From Oscillospiraceae bacterium (GTDB lineage Bacteria > Bacillota > Clostridia > Oscillospirales > Oscillospiraceae): a DNA stretch of 64,000 nt. Each line of letters opens with the position of its first letter. Position 1 is the first letter of the stretch. The translations under genes were made by a program, and so were the position numbers. The notes below the pieces were generated by a model that saw only the letters and a list, made by a program, of their open reading frames with translations, searched no databases and had not been told where the DNA came from. The stretch lies in assembly GCA_022846095.1 (NCBI GenBank), contig AP025583.1, positions 3,123,279 through 3,187,278 on the forward strand. Reading direction: 5' to 3'. Of this stretch, positions 39,614-49,479 are shown piece by piece.

Positions 39614-39736
39614 TGGTTCACACTCGCATTCCCATTTATTCACTGTGATATTATATCCAATCCTCCCTGCAATGTAAAGAAAAACTATCTTTTGCCCCGC
39701 CCGGGCAGCAAAAAACCGCCCGCAGGCGGGCGGTTT

Positions 39737-39844
39737 TCATCGGTCGCTGGTCAGCCATTCCCCGTCGGTGCGGAAGATGAGGTCGTCCACGTCCTCCTTC
39801 TGCCCCGTCTGGACGGCGCCGCCGCTTGCCTCGTGCTCCGGCAT
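39737..39844 (-). CDS. small hypothetical protein (35 aa)
   Basis: ATG preceded by GAGGGGG. Acidic peptide MPEHEASGGAVQTGQKEDVDDLIFRTDGEWLTSDR. A terminator hairpin (aaaaccgcccgcaggcgggcggtttt) overlaps its stop. Uncertain. Confidence 0.3.
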   Translation of the reverse strand: MPEHEASGGAVQTGQKEDVDDLIFRTDGEWLTSDR

Positions 39845-39986
39845 GAGCCCTGCCCCCTCTCTGTAAGTCAACTGTATACCAGTATATGCGCCCGCGCCTG
39901 AGAGATGTGCCGAACGCCGTCCGGGAATTTTTTCTTTTTGCCGCGCCTGCCGTCGAACGCCGGGGAATTGTTTTTTCACTTTGGGG

Positions 39987-40015
39987 TTGACACAGGCAGT
40001 TTGATGTGCTATTCT
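39987..40015 (+). promoter_or_regulatory. sigma-A promoter for the tRNA-Leu/tRNA-fMet transcription unit
   Basis: TTGACA, 17-nt spacer, TATTCT, with a T-rich UP-like element upstream. The tRNA begins ~40 nt downstream. Confidence 0.6.
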
Positions 40016-40057
40016 ATTTGAGCACCCCACAAGGGGAACACGAGACTGGAGCCACAT

Positions 40058-40144
40058 GCTGGAGTGGCGGAATTGGCAGACGCCCGGGACTTAAAATCCT
40101 GTGGGAGCGATCCCGTGCCGGTTCGACCCCGGTCTCCAGCACCA
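40058..40144 (+). tRNA. tRNA-Leu (anticodon UAA), type II with long variable arm, CCA encoded
   Basis: Cloverleaf folded by hand. Acceptor GCTGGAG/CTCCAGC. Anticodon stem CGGGA/TCCTG with loop CTTAAAA. Variable arm GGGAGCGATCCC. T-arm GCCGG-TTCGACC-CCGGT. 3' ACCA. Confidence 0.85.
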
Positions 40145-40147
40145 CAT

Positions 40148-40224
<77 letters not shown>

Positions 40225-40230
40225 TAAAAC

Positions 40231-40266
40231 CGGCCATTTTCTTCGGAAAGTGGCCGGTTTTTATTG
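40231..40266 (+). terminator. rho-independent terminator after tRNA genes
   Basis: Hairpin ccggccatttt-cttcgg-aaagtggccgg followed by TTTTTATT. Confidence 0.7.
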
Positions 40267-40576
40267 CTTTTTTATTCCCTTATTTTGGAATATCCTTAAA
40301 TTCTGATGTAACCGCTGTAACGTACCTGTCAAACCGTGTAAAAACCTATCAAAATCTGCACGGCTGACACGTCGCTGAGCGGTTGTGTTTTTTCGTTGAG
40401 GGGTTTGTAAGAAAACTATATCGTTTTATAGCTCACTATAGCCTTTGGGTGACAAATTCTCAAGGCGACTCATCAAGGCCAAGGCAAAGTTGCTTTTCTT
40501 GCGTGAATAGCTTAATTTTCATCTCTTATCAGACTGTGAAATGCAGTTTTCGCATCGACAGCCAACTCAATAGCGG

Positions 40577-41463
40577 TTACCTCGCCACTGTCATTTTTCT
40601 GCGTGTATCAGCAGCAAATTGCCAGAATAGGTCACACAAAGGCGTGTGCCGTCCCTTGGGCCGCATAAGGGATATTTCGCTCACCAGCTCCTCCTCTAAG
40701 GGGATGAGGAGTACCTTCTCGTTGTCCAGATAGGCCGCCGCCTTTTCCATGAGCAGAGAAACGCCAAACCCGTCGGCCACTAACTCCAGAATGTTCTCTA
40801 TCCGCCGGCCTGCATAGCACATATTGGGCGTGAAGCCGGCTGCCGCACAGGCATCTTGAATCATCCCATGAAGGACGGAGTTATGATCCAGCAGGGCCAG
40901 CCGCTCACCGGCCAGCTCCCGCAGGCTCAGGCTGACCCGACCCGCCAAGGGGTGCTGCCGGGGTAGGGCGGCCGCCAGTCGGTCAGTACAAAACACCAGC
41001 TTATCCAGTCCCTTCTGTTCACCCGGAAAAGTGCGCAGGATGGCCAGTTCGTGCTTGCCATCCCTCAGTTCCTCGGCCATGAGATTGGCGCCTTCCACCT
41101 CTTGCACCTCAAGGTCTACCTCGGGATAGGCCTCCTGGAACGCGGCAAGCAACCCCGTGATCCCGTAATGGGCCATCACCGGCAGGGCAGCCAGGCGTAG
41201 CTTTGGCCGCATGCCAGCCAGATCGCGCAACAGGGCGTCGCAGTCGCCCACAATACGGCGGGCATGGCGTACGGCGACCTCTCCCTGTGGTGTGAGTTGG
41301 ATGGCCCGCCGGGAGCGGTCCACCAGTTGGACATTCCACTCCTTTTCCAGCGCCTGCACTTGCTTGGATACATTGGACTGCGTCATATACAGGCGCTCCG
41401 CTGCTTCGGAATAGCTCCCTGTGTCCGCCAACATGACAAGGGCGCGCAGCTTTTGCAGATCCA
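40577..41463 (-). CDS. LysR-family transcriptional regulator (divergent from UbiD/UbiX operon)
   Basis: N-terminal LysR HTH (LRALVMLADTGSYSEAAERLYMTQSNVSKQVQALE) plus substrate-binding domain. AGGAGAATG ribosome-binding site. The ORF-track 505-aa entry is over-extended; start placed at MDLQKL. Confidence 0.85.
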
Positions 41464-41587
41464 TAAGCATTCTCCTATTCCAGTCTGGAATAATTCTATA
41501 AAAATCCGATTTGTTTGTCAAGGTTACGGGCGGTAAGATAAAAGCAGTAGAGGCAAACAAACGCATGATGAACAAGGAGGGAGCAGT

Positions 41588-43075
41588 ATGGAAACCAATG
41601 GCGTCATCGACTTGCGCTCCGCGCTGGAGCTGCTGCGCGTCCTGCCCGGCCAGCTGATGGAAACAGATGTAGAGGTGGACCCCATGGCCGAGCTGGCGGG
41701 CGTATACCGCTACGTGGGGGCCGGGGGCACGGTGATGCGACCTACCCGCGAGGGCCCCGCTATGATCTTTCATCAAATCAAAGGCCACCCTGGAGCGAAG
41801 GTAGCCATCGGCGTGCTGGCCAGCCGCAAGCGGGTGGCTGCTCTGCTGGGGCGCAGGCCGGAGGACTTGGGCAAGGCGCTGAGGGATTGTGTCGGTGCCC
41901 CCATACAGCCCACGGTCACCGACGCGCCCGCTCCCTGTCAGCAGGTGGTCCACCGGGCGGCTGAGCCGGACTTCGACCTGTATAAGCTGGTACCCGCGCC
42001 CACCAACACACCGGACGACGCGGGCCCTTACATCACCTTGGGTATGTGCTACGCCACCCACCCGGACACCGGCCTGTCTGATGTGACCATCCATCGGCTC
42101 TGCATCCAGGGCAAGGATGAACTATCCATCTTCTTCACCCCCGGGGCCCGGCATATCGGTGCCATGGCCGAGCGGGCGGAGGCGCTGGGGCGGAGGCTCC
42201 CCATCTCCATCAGCATCGGGGTGGACCCGGCGATTGAGGTCGCCTCCTGCTTTGAACCGCCTACGACCCCGCTTGGCTACGATGAGCTCTCCATCGCCGG
42301 TGCGCTGCGCGGTGTGCCGGTGGAGCTGGCCCACTGCCTTACGGTAAAGGAGCGGTGCATCGCAAACGCGGAGTATGTCATCGAGGGAGAGGTGGTCCCC
42401 GGTGTGCGGGTGCAGGAGGACCAAAACAGCCACACAGGCTACGCCATGCCCGAGTTCCCCGGCTACACCGGCCCGGCCAGCGGCCAATGCTGGCTCATCA
42501 AGGTCACCGCGGTCACACACCGGAGGGACCCCATTATGCAGACCTGCATTGGCCCCAGCGAAGAGCACGTATCCATGGCGGGCATCCCCACTGAAGCCAG
42601 CATCCTGGGCATGGTGGACAAGGCGATGCCCGGCCGACTGCAAAACGTATACTGTGCCTCGGCGGGAGGCGGTAAGTATATGGCGGTGCTCCAATTCAAG
42701 AAGTCGGTCCCTTCCGACGAGGGCCGCCAGCGGCAGGCCGCCTTACTCGCTTTTTCCGCCTTCAGCGAACTCAAACATGTGTTCCTGGTAGACGAGGATG
42801 TGGACCCCTTCGACATGAGCGACGTGCTGTGGGCCATGAACACCCGCTTTCAAGGGGACGCGGACATCGTCACCATCCCAGGCGTGCGCTGCCATCCCTT
42901 GGACCCGTCCAATGACCCGGCCTGTTCCCCCTCCTGCCGGGATCACGGTATGGCCTGCAAGACCATCTTTGACTGCACGGTGCCCTTCGAGCTGAAGGAC
43001 CACTTCCGGCGGGCCAGGTTCCAGACCGTAGACCCCGCCCGCTGGGCGCCCCAGCTCTTTCCGGAGCAGAGGTGA
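41588..43075 (+). CDS. UbiD-family (prFMN-dependent) reversible aromatic acid decarboxylase
   Basis: 495-aa UbiD-like protein; the two segments read as UbiD-like are CIANAEYVIEGEV and GYAMPEFPGYTGPASG, with no motif named beyond these. Confidence 0.8.
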   Translation: METNGVIDLRSALELLRVLPGQLMETDVEVDPMAELAGVYRYVGAGGTVMRPTREGPAMIFHQIKGHPGAKVAIGVLASRKRVAALLGRRPEDLGKALRDCVGAPIQPTVTDAPAPCQQVVHRAAEPDFDLYKLVPAPTNTPDDAGPYITLGMCYATHPDTGLSDVTIHRLCIQGKDELSIFFTPGARHIGAMAERAEALGRRLPISISIGVDPAIEVASCFEPPTTPLGYDELSIAGALRGVPVELAHCLTVKERCIANAEYVIEGEVVPGVRVQEDQNSHTGYAMPEFPGYTGPASGQCWLIKVTAVTHRRDPIMQTCIGPSEEHVSMAGIPTEASILGMVDKAMPGRLQNVYCASAGGGKYMAVLQFKKSVPSDEGRQRQAALLAFSAFSELKHVFLVDEDVDPFDMSDVLWAMNTRFQGDADIVTIPGVRCHPLDPSNDPACSPSCRDHGMACKTIFDCTVPFELKDHFRRARFQTVDPARWAPQLFPEQR

Positions 43076-43079
43076 GGTT

Positions 43080-43646
43080 ATGGACACGCAACGCCTGGTC
43101 GTAGGAATCAGCGGCGCGTCCGGTGCCCCTTTGGCGGTAGAACTGCTGCGGCAGCTGCGGTGCGTGGAGGGGCTGGAGGTCCATCTGGTCTGCTCCCGCT
43201 GGGGCCTGGCCACCGTGCAGCATGAGACCGGCCTCACCGCCGCCGAGCTGGAAGAGCTGTGCTATAAGCTTTATTCCAACGAGGACTGCGGCTCGCCACC
43301 GGCCAGCGGCAGCTTTCAGACGCTGGGCATGGCGGTGGTGCCGTGCAGCATGAAGACCCTTGCAGGTATCGTCACCGGCTACTCCGACTCTCTCCTACTG
43401 CGGGCCGCCGATGTGACGCTCAAAGAGCGGCGGCGGCTGGTACTGGTGCCACGGGAGTGTCCCCTCAGCACCCTGCATCTGCGCAACTTATGTACCGCCA
43501 GTGAGCTGGGAGCCACGATACTCCCGCCAGTCCCGGCCTACTATGAGCACCCGGAGACCATCCAAGACATAGACCGGCACCTCGCCGCCAAGATACTCCA
43601 GCAATTCGGCCTGCCCGGCGGCCTGAGGGAATGGGAGGGCCTATGA
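43080..43646 (+). CDS. ubiX: UbiX-family flavin prenyltransferase (prFMN synthase)
   Basis: 188 aa. GISGASGAPLAVELL flavoprotein motif and conserved ...MKTLAGIVTGYSDSLL... region. Confidence 0.85.
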   Translation: MDTQRLVVGISGASGAPLAVELLRQLRCVEGLEVHLVCSRWGLATVQHETGLTAAELEELCYKLYSNEDCGSPPASGSFQTLGMAVVPCSMKTLAGIVTGYSDSLLLRAADVTLKERRRLVLVPRECPLSTLHLRNLCTASELGATILPPVPAYYEHPETIQDIDRHLAAKILQQFGLPGGLREWEGL

Positions 43647-43987
43647 GGAAGCGGTTATGTGTGGAGCGCTCCGTGTTAGACTTTCCCATCGAGGCCGAGG
43701 CGCTTATCCTGGACGACGGCGTCCAGGTCACCATCACCGGGGGCTGCCGCAGCCACGTGGGCAGCGTCACAGCCGCAGAGCCAGACGGGAGCGTGCGCTC
43801 CCTGACCTTTCCCGGCCACAAGGATCAGATCGTGGGGGAGCGGTGGGCCAAGACACTGGCGGAACGACTGAGGCGCCGGACCGCAGTCACCTGCGGCATC
43901 CACTACGACGGGCTCTCCCGAGAGAATATCGCCACTGTGGTGGCCGCCGCCGATACCTTATTAGAGCAGCTCCTTCAAACAATATAA
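43643..43987 (+). CDS. small accessory subunit of UbiD-type decarboxylase (LpdD/BsdD-like)
   Basis: 114 aa. ATG overlaps the ubiX stop (ATGA). Gene order UbiD-UbiX-small subunit mirrors bsdBCD/lpdBCD-type phenolic acid decarboxylase loci. Confidence 0.5.
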   Translation: MRKRLCVERSVLDFPIEAEALILDDGVQVTITGGCRSHVGSVTAAEPDGSVRSLTFPGHKDQIVGERWAKTLAERLRRRTAVTCGIHYDGLSRENIATVVAAADTLLEQLLQTI

Positions 43988-44041
43988 AAACCGACATAAG
44001 CAGCGGCCCGTCGGATGACGGGCCGCTGCTTTATCCTTTAC

Positions 44042-45331
44042 TCAATTCTGCATCACGTCGATGATGACGACGTCCATTTCCTTCATGCCGTCGATGCACA
44101 CGCGGCCCAGGTTATGGATGGTCTCCTCTGCGCAGCGGTCAACCAGGCCGTCGCTGTTATCGATAATGTGGTCCCGCACGGCCAAGCTGGCCTGAAGCAC
44201 CGCCTCCGACGCGGCGGTGGCCAATTTGAGGGCGCAGCCGCCCTTAGCGCCGTCGCAGAGCATACCGGCGATGGAGCCCACCATGTTTTGGACCGCGCCC
44301 GCCATCTGGTCATCGGAACCGCCGAAGAGCCAGGTGATCGCCACCGCCGCCCCGATCCCCGCGGCTACGGCGCAGCCGCACACCGGCGAGAGCCGCCCGG
44401 TATACTCTTTGATGTAGGCGGTGGTGAGGTGGCTGATGGCCAGGGCGCGCAGCAGCTTGTCCCGGTCGTAGCCCATCTCCCGGCACACCACGGCCACCGG
44501 GATAATGGCGGTCAGGCCGTGGTTGCCGCTGCCCGCGCTGCTCATAACCGGGTGGTTCACGCCTGCCATACGGGCGTCGCAGGCGGCGGCGGTCATCTTC
44601 TTGGCCCGGTTGACCATATCGTCCAGGAGGATCCGGTCCCGGACCAACTGCCCGATGCCGTAACCGATGCCAATGCCGGAGCGTTCCCGGAGCCCGATCT
44701 CCGCCATCTCCATATTCATATCCACGCCGTCCATCAGAAATGCGATGTCCTCTGACGGTACCTGCTCTGCAAACGCGCGGATGTCGGACAGCCGTCCGCT
44801 TTTCAAACCATCCAGAAGGCTTGGCTCATTGGCGGAAGCGTGGGCCTCCCGCCTGGCGGCGGTATAAATGGGCACGCCGCTTCGCTCCAGATAGGTCACA
44901 TTGGTGTGGCTGTCCCGGATGACGCACACACCCGTGCTCCCATCCCCACTCCACACCTCGGCGCGGATGTAGAAGCTGCCCTCTTTCTCTTCCACCTGGA
45001 TGGACAGGGGCCGCTCGGAGAGGAATGTCCTGGCCTCCCGCACCGCCTGATCGTCCACGTGGCGGAAGACCTCCAGGTTGGCCTCCGGGTCGCCGCACAC
45101 CACCGCCAGAGCCACAGAGATGGGCAGCCCCTTTTCCGTGGTGCCCGGAACGCCTACGTGCATCCCGTTTTTATAGATGTTGGGGCTCACCAATACCTTG
45201 ACCTCGCTGACAGTGCCGCTTACCAGCGCCGCCGCTTTCGACACAGACAGCGCCACCGCCACGGGCTCGGTACAGCCCAGCGCCGGGACCACCTGCTTTC
45301 TGAGAATGGACACATATGCTTCTTGCTGCAC
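44042..45331 (-). CDS. YhaM/CyuA-family (UPF0597) L-cysteine desulfidase-like protein
   Basis: ~430 aa. Conserved PALGCTEPVAVAL and SSAGSGNHGLTAIIPV motifs match E. coli YhaM/CyuA (ALGCTEP; SNSGSGNQG). Start set at the GTG (MQQEAYV) spaced 9 nt from AGGAAAGG. Confidence 0.65.
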   Translation of the reverse strand: MQQEAYVSILRKQVVPALGCTEPVAVALSVSKAAALVSGTVSEVKVLVSPNIYKNGMHVGVPGTTEKGLPISVALAVVCGDPEANLEVFRHVDDQAVREARTFLSERPLSIQVEEKEGSFYIRAEVWSGDGSTGVCVIRDSHTNVTYLERSGVPIYTAARREAHASANEPSLLDGLKSGRLSDIRAFAEQVPSEDIAFLMDGVDMNMEMAEIGLRERSGIGIGYGIGQLVRDRILLDDMVNRAKKMTAAACDARMAGVNHPVMSSAGSGNHGLTAIIPVAVVCREMGYDRDKLLRALAISHLTTAYIKEYTGRLSPVCGCAVAAGIGAAVAITWLFGGSDDQMAGAVQNMVGSIAGMLCDGAKGGCALKLATAASEAVLQASLAVRDHIIDNSDGLVDRCAEETIHNLGRVCIDGMKEMDVVIIDVMQN

Positions 45332-45371
45332 GTCGCACACCCTTTCCTAAAGAAATAGCGGATATATCCGG

Positions 45372-46277
45372 TCAGTCGACTCTGGCTGCCGCCACCAGAA
45401 TGGCGTGATACTTATCCTCCGGGCTGTCGGTGCGGGAAGTCATAACCACGGGGGAGGTGGTGCCGCAGAGTGTGCCGGCGGTGGGGAGGTGGGCCAGGTA
45501 GGTCAAGGACTTGGTAAAGATATTGCCGGCACACAGGTCGGGCATCAGCAGAATATCTGCCCGGCCGGCCACATCGCTGACGATCCCCTTGTGGGCGGCA
45601 GCCGCGGCAGACACGGCATTGTCCAATGCAAGGGGGCCGTCCACGATGCAACCTGTAATCTGCCCCCGCTGCTGGGCTTTGCTGAGCATGGCGGCATCCA
45701 CTGTGGAGGGCATAGCGGGATTGATCACCTCTACCGGGGTCACCACGGCGGCCCGGGGACACTCAATCCCCAGACTGTGTGCCAGTGCCACGGCGTTTTT
45801 CAGGATCTTCAGTTTTTCCTCATAGGACGGGGTAATGTTCACCGCGCAGTCGCTGACGATCATCAGCCGGTTCTCGCCGGGGACCTCCAGCACTGTGGCC
45901 TGGCTGAGCATCCCTTTATCAGGCACGAAGCCGCAGGCCTTGTCCAGAATGGCGCGCATAAACACGGCAGTGGGCAGGATGCCCTTCATAGGGATGTCCG
46001 CCATACCCTCTTTCACCATACCGCAGGCCAGGGAGGCGGCACGGGCGTCGTCCGCCTCCTCCGTCAACTGCCACTGGGCCGGGTCCTCACCCATCTCCCG
46101 CAGCAGACCGGCGGTATCCGCCGTCCTGCCGATGAGAACGCCCTGGGCGACGCCCTTCCGCTGTGCCGCCACCAGGGCGGACAGCGCGTCTGCGTCATGG
46201 GCACCGGCCAAGGCGATGCGAACCCTTCGGCTGCTGTCCAGCAAGCTGCGCTCTATCTCTTGAAAGCTGTGAAACAT
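45372..46277 (-). CDS. ptb: phosphate butyryltransferase / phosphotransacylase (Ptb/Pta family)
   Basis: 301 aa. Phosphate acyltransferase family features (...IALAGAHDADALSAL...; C-terminal NIFTKSLTYL motif). Confidence 0.8.
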   Translation of the reverse strand: MFHSFQEIERSLLDSSRRVRIALAGAHDADALSALVAAQRKGVAQGVLIGRTADTAGLLREMGEDPAQWQLTEEADDARAASLACGMVKEGMADIPMKGILPTAVFMRAILDKACGFVPDKGMLSQATVLEVPGENRLMIVSDCAVNITPSYEEKLKILKNAVALAHSLGIECPRAAVVTPVEVINPAMPSTVDAAMLSKAQQRGQITGCIVDGPLALDNAVSAAAAAHKGIVSDVAGRADILLMPDLCAGNIFTKSLTYLAHLPTAGTLCGTTSPVVMTSRTDSPEDKYHAILVAAARVD

Positions 46278-46288
46278 GGTTTAATCCC

Positions 46289-47377
46289 TCACAATTCCGG
46301 TCCTGTCTCATTGGGAAAATTCAGAGCCTGACGCGCCCCGCGCAGCACATCATAGGCGCCCAGAGCCAAGGACTGCATCTCATACTCGCCTGGATACCGT
46401 ACCACGGGGGCGAGGAAGCCTACACGGCGCTTGATCTCTCCGGTCACCAGATCCGAATGGGCGATACCGCCAGTGAGCAGAATGGCATCCACCTTGCCGC
46501 AGAGCACCGCCGCACAGCCCGCCACCTCCTTGGAGATTTGGTAGCACATGGCCAGAAGTACCTCCAGGGCTCTCGGGTCCTCCTGGGCCATGCGTTCGGC
46601 TTGGCGCACGTCGCTGGTGCCTAGGTAAGCCGTTAGTCCGCCCTCCTTGCCCAGGATGCGCTTTACGTCATCCTTGGTGTACTGGCCGGAGAAGCACAGC
46701 TCCATCAGCGCGCCCACGGGTACGCCGCCGGTACGGTTGGTGGAGAAGGGGCCGTCACCCATGAGGCCGTTATTTGCGTCTACCATTTTGCCCTGCTTGT
46801 GGGCGGCTACGGTGATGCCGCCGCCCATATGGACCACTACCAGGTTCAGAGCTTCATAGGCGCGCCCAAGGTCCTTAGCATACTGCCGGCCAACCGCCCT
46901 GTGATTCAACGCGTGGAAGGAGCTCTTGCGGATGAATAGGGGATGACCGCTGTACCGGGCCAGAGGCTCGAACTCATCGGTGGTGGGCGGGTCAACGGTC
47001 AGGGGGAGCGGCCCCTCCTGGGCAAAGCGCCACACCAGCCGCAGGCCCAGATCAGTGGGATGCTGTCCGTACCTGCCGGAGCCCGACTGGCGCAGCATCT
47101 CTTCATTCACCCGGTAGACCCCGCCGGGTATGGGCTTGGTATGCCCGCCCCGGGTGACGATGGCGTCCAGCCCGGACATCTCCAGGCCGTGACGGGCGAG
47201 GAAATCCCGGATAGCCTGGGTGCGGAACGCCTCCTGATCCCAGATGGTTGAGAAGGCCTTGAGCTGGGCCGGGTCGTGCTCAAGGTCCTCCTGAAGCACC
47301 TTGGTATCGTTGCGGTAATAGGCGATCTTGGTGGAGGTGGACCCCAGGTTGATGGCTACAATCTGATATTCCTTCAC
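46289..47377 (-). CDS. buk: butyrate (short/branched-chain acyl) kinase
   Basis: 362 aa. Acetate/butyrate kinase family (INLGSTSTKIA N-terminus; ...VVHMGGGITVAAH...). Confidence 0.85.
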   Translation of the reverse strand: MKEYQIVAINLGSTSTKIAYYRNDTKVLQEDLEHDPAQLKAFSTIWDQEAFRTQAIRDFLARHGLEMSGLDAIVTRGGHTKPIPGGVYRVNEEMLRQSGSGRYGQHPTDLGLRLVWRFAQEGPLPLTVDPPTTDEFEPLARYSGHPLFIRKSSFHALNHRAVGRQYAKDLGRAYEALNLVVVHMGGGITVAAHKQGKMVDANNGLMGDGPFSTNRTGGVPVGALMELCFSGQYTKDDVKRILGKEGGLTAYLGTSDVRQAERMAQEDPRALEVLLAMCYQISKEVAGCAAVLCGKVDAILLTGGIAHSDLVTGEIKRRVGFLAPVVRYPGEYEMQSLALGAYDVLRGARQALNFPNETGPEL

Positions 47378-47388
47378 GCGCCCCCTCC

Positions 47389-48258
47389 TTAGACGGAGGC
47401 CGCGGCCAGGGCTTCGTAATGCCGCGACACGGTCTCCTGGATCAGCGCGCGGTCCTCCTGGCTGGCGCCCTTGAAACGGCCCTGCATGGATAAGTAGGTC
47501 TCCACCGGCTCCAGCGCCTTGGGCTTTACGTTGACGCGGACGCCGCCCGCCTCATATTCGTACAGCACCCATGCCCCGGTCTTGACCGCTTGGCGGCATA
47601 CCTCGATAGACTTGGCGGGCGGATACCCCCAGCCTGTGGGACAGGAGGCGTGGATATGCAGGAGAGAGGGGCCGTTCGTCTCCTGGGCCTTCTTTACCTT
47701 CTTGCGCAGGTCGGGGATGTAGGCTACCGAGGCGGTGGCGGCATAGGGGATCTTATGGGCAATGGCGATCTGGAGTAAGTCTTTCCGGGGGACCGGCTTG
47801 CCGCCGGGAGTGGTGGTAGTGCTCGCGCCCAGCGGCGTGGAGCTGGAGGACTGGATGCCGGTGTTCATATAGGCCTCGTTGTCATAGCACACGTAGAGCA
47901 CGCGGTCGCCCCGCTCCACCATGCCGGAGAAGGCCTGGATACCGATGTCCACGGTCGCCCCGTCGCCGGCAAAGGCCAGCACGGTGGTGTGGTGGTTGCC
48001 CTGCATCTCCAGCCCGGCCCGCACACCTGCGGCCACTGCCGCGGTATTCTCCAGATTCCCCTGGAAACCGGCGATCTTCATACCGGCCTCAGCTCCGAAC
48101 CCGCAGAACAGGGCGGAACAACCGGGGGGGATCAGGATAACGGTGTCCTGGCCCAGCACGTCAAGCACATTGCGGATCACGAGCTCCAGACCGCAGCCAG
48201 CACAGGCGCTGACGCCATGCGCGACCAGGCCGTCGCAATCCTTGATGATGTCATACAT
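47389..48258 (-). CDS. 2-oxoacid:ferredoxin oxidoreductase, beta (TPP-binding) subunit (Por/Vor-type)
   Basis: 289 aa. TPP-binding motif GDG.(25)N...CYDNEAYMNTG and the CxGCG cysteines. Confidence 0.85.
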   Translation of the reverse strand: MYDIIKDCDGLVAHGVSACAGCGLELVIRNVLDVLGQDTVILIPPGCSALFCGFGAEAGMKIAGFQGNLENTAAVAAGVRAGLEMQGNHHTTVLAFAGDGATVDIGIQAFSGMVERGDRVLYVCYDNEAYMNTGIQSSSSTPLGASTTTTPGGKPVPRKDLLQIAIAHKIPYAATASVAYIPDLRKKVKKAQETNGPSLLHIHASCPTGWGYPPAKSIEVCRQAVKTGAWVLYEYEAGGVRVNVKPKALEPVETYLSMQGRFKGASQEDRALIQETVSRHYEALAAASV

Positions 48259-48276
48259 ACTTTTTCGCTCCTTTGC

Positions 48277-49479
48277 TTATTGCGCCTTGAGGACCTGGCG
48301 CAGCTCCATAGCGTTTTCCTTAACGTCGATCCAAATGGAGCTGTCCGCCCCCTCGGGGTGAGCGCCGCCATCGGCAAACACGTCGCGGATGGTCTGGAGA
48401 CTGATGTCCCGGCCGCCCAGGCCGGCCACATAGCCTCGCACCGGCAAACCGCTGCCATATAGGGCGGCGGATATTTCGGTACACAGGGGAGCGAACCGGG
48501 CGCCCAAGCCGGCGCTGCGGTCCAGAACCAGCACCTGCTTTTTATCCTCCAGGTACCGGCGAACCAGCTCATAGGGGAAGGGACGGAAGGAGACGATCTT
48601 CAACAGGCCGACCTTTTGCCCCGACTGGCGCAGCTCGTTGACCACGCATTTGGCTGTGCCCGACATAGACCCTAAGGTGACCAGAACCGTGTCCGCGTCC
48701 TCCAGACAATATCCCTCCGCCCGCTCATGACAGCGGCCGAAACGGCTTTGGAACTCCCGAAACACCTCGTCCATCACGCCCTCGGCCTCGGCGAAACCGC
48801 GCTCCTGCTGATAGCGCATTTCACCGAACTCGTCGGACGGGGTCAGATTGCCCACCAGCATGGGGTCGACGGGGTCCACGTATAGGTTTCTGCGCACGTA
48901 GGGGCCGATGAAGGAATCCATTTCCGAGGTCTCGGGCACGCTCACCTTCTGCATGGAGTGGGATAGGAAAAAGCCATCCAGACAGACCATGCAGGGCAGC
49001 AGCACCTTCTCATGCTCCGCTACCCGGTAGGCGCAGGAGACCAGATCAAACACATCCTGTACGTTTTCGCAGTAGAGCTGCAGCCAGCCGCTGTCCCGCT
49101 CCTCCATGGAGTCCTGGTGGTCGCACCACAGGCTCCAGGGGGCGGCCAGGGCCCGGTTGACCACGGGCATGACGATGGGCATACGCAGCCCGGAGACTAC
49201 GTTGACGATCTCGTGCATCAGAGCCAGTCCCACGGAGGCGGTAGCGGTAGCGGTGCGCACACCGGTGAGCTGTGCCCCCAGAGCCACGGACAGGGCGGTA
49301 TGTTCCGATTCCACCCGCACATACTTCGCGTCAATCTCGCCGCACTGCACCATGTCCGCCAGCTTCTCCGCAATGGGGCTCTGGGGGGTGATCGGGTAGG
49401 CAGAGATCACCTTTACCTTCGCCATTTTTATGGCTTCCATGGCGGCGGCGTTTCCATCCAGCATTTTATAATGAGCCAT
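48277..49479 (-). CDS. 2-oxoacid:ferredoxin oxidoreductase, alpha subunit
   Basis: 400-aa PorA/VorA-like protein (MAHYKMLDGNAAAMEAIKMAKVKVISAYPITPQS...). Confidence 0.85.
   Translation of the reverse strand: MAHYKMLDGNAAAMEAIKMAKVKVISAYPITPQSPIAEKLADMVQCGEIDAKYVRVESEHTALSVALGAQLTGVRTATATASVGLALMHEIVNVVSGLRMPIVMPVVNRALAAPWSLWCDHQDSMEERDSGWLQLYCENVQDVFDLVSCAYRVAEHEKVLLPCMVCLDGFFLSHSMQKVSVPETSEMDSFIGPYVRRNLYVDPVDPMLVGNLTPSDEFGEMRYQQERGFAEAEGVMDEVFREFQSRFGRCHERAEGYCLEDADTVLVTLGSMSGTAKCVVNELRQSGQKVGLLKIVSFRPFPYELVRRYLEDKKQVLVLDRSAGLGARFAPLCTEISAALYGSGLPVRGYVAGLGGRDISLQTIRDVFADGGAHPEGADSSIWIDVKENAMELRQVLKAQ

Noticed and set aside
39600-39700. Programmed +1 frameshift site in prfB
   Set aside because: Searched for CUU UGA C with an upstream internal SD; none present. 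RF2 reads through in one frame.
40383-40733. 116-aa plus-strand ORF downstream of the tRNAs
   Set aside because: Low-GC non-coding stretch partially overlapping the LysR 3' end. No ribosome-binding site and no family resemblance.
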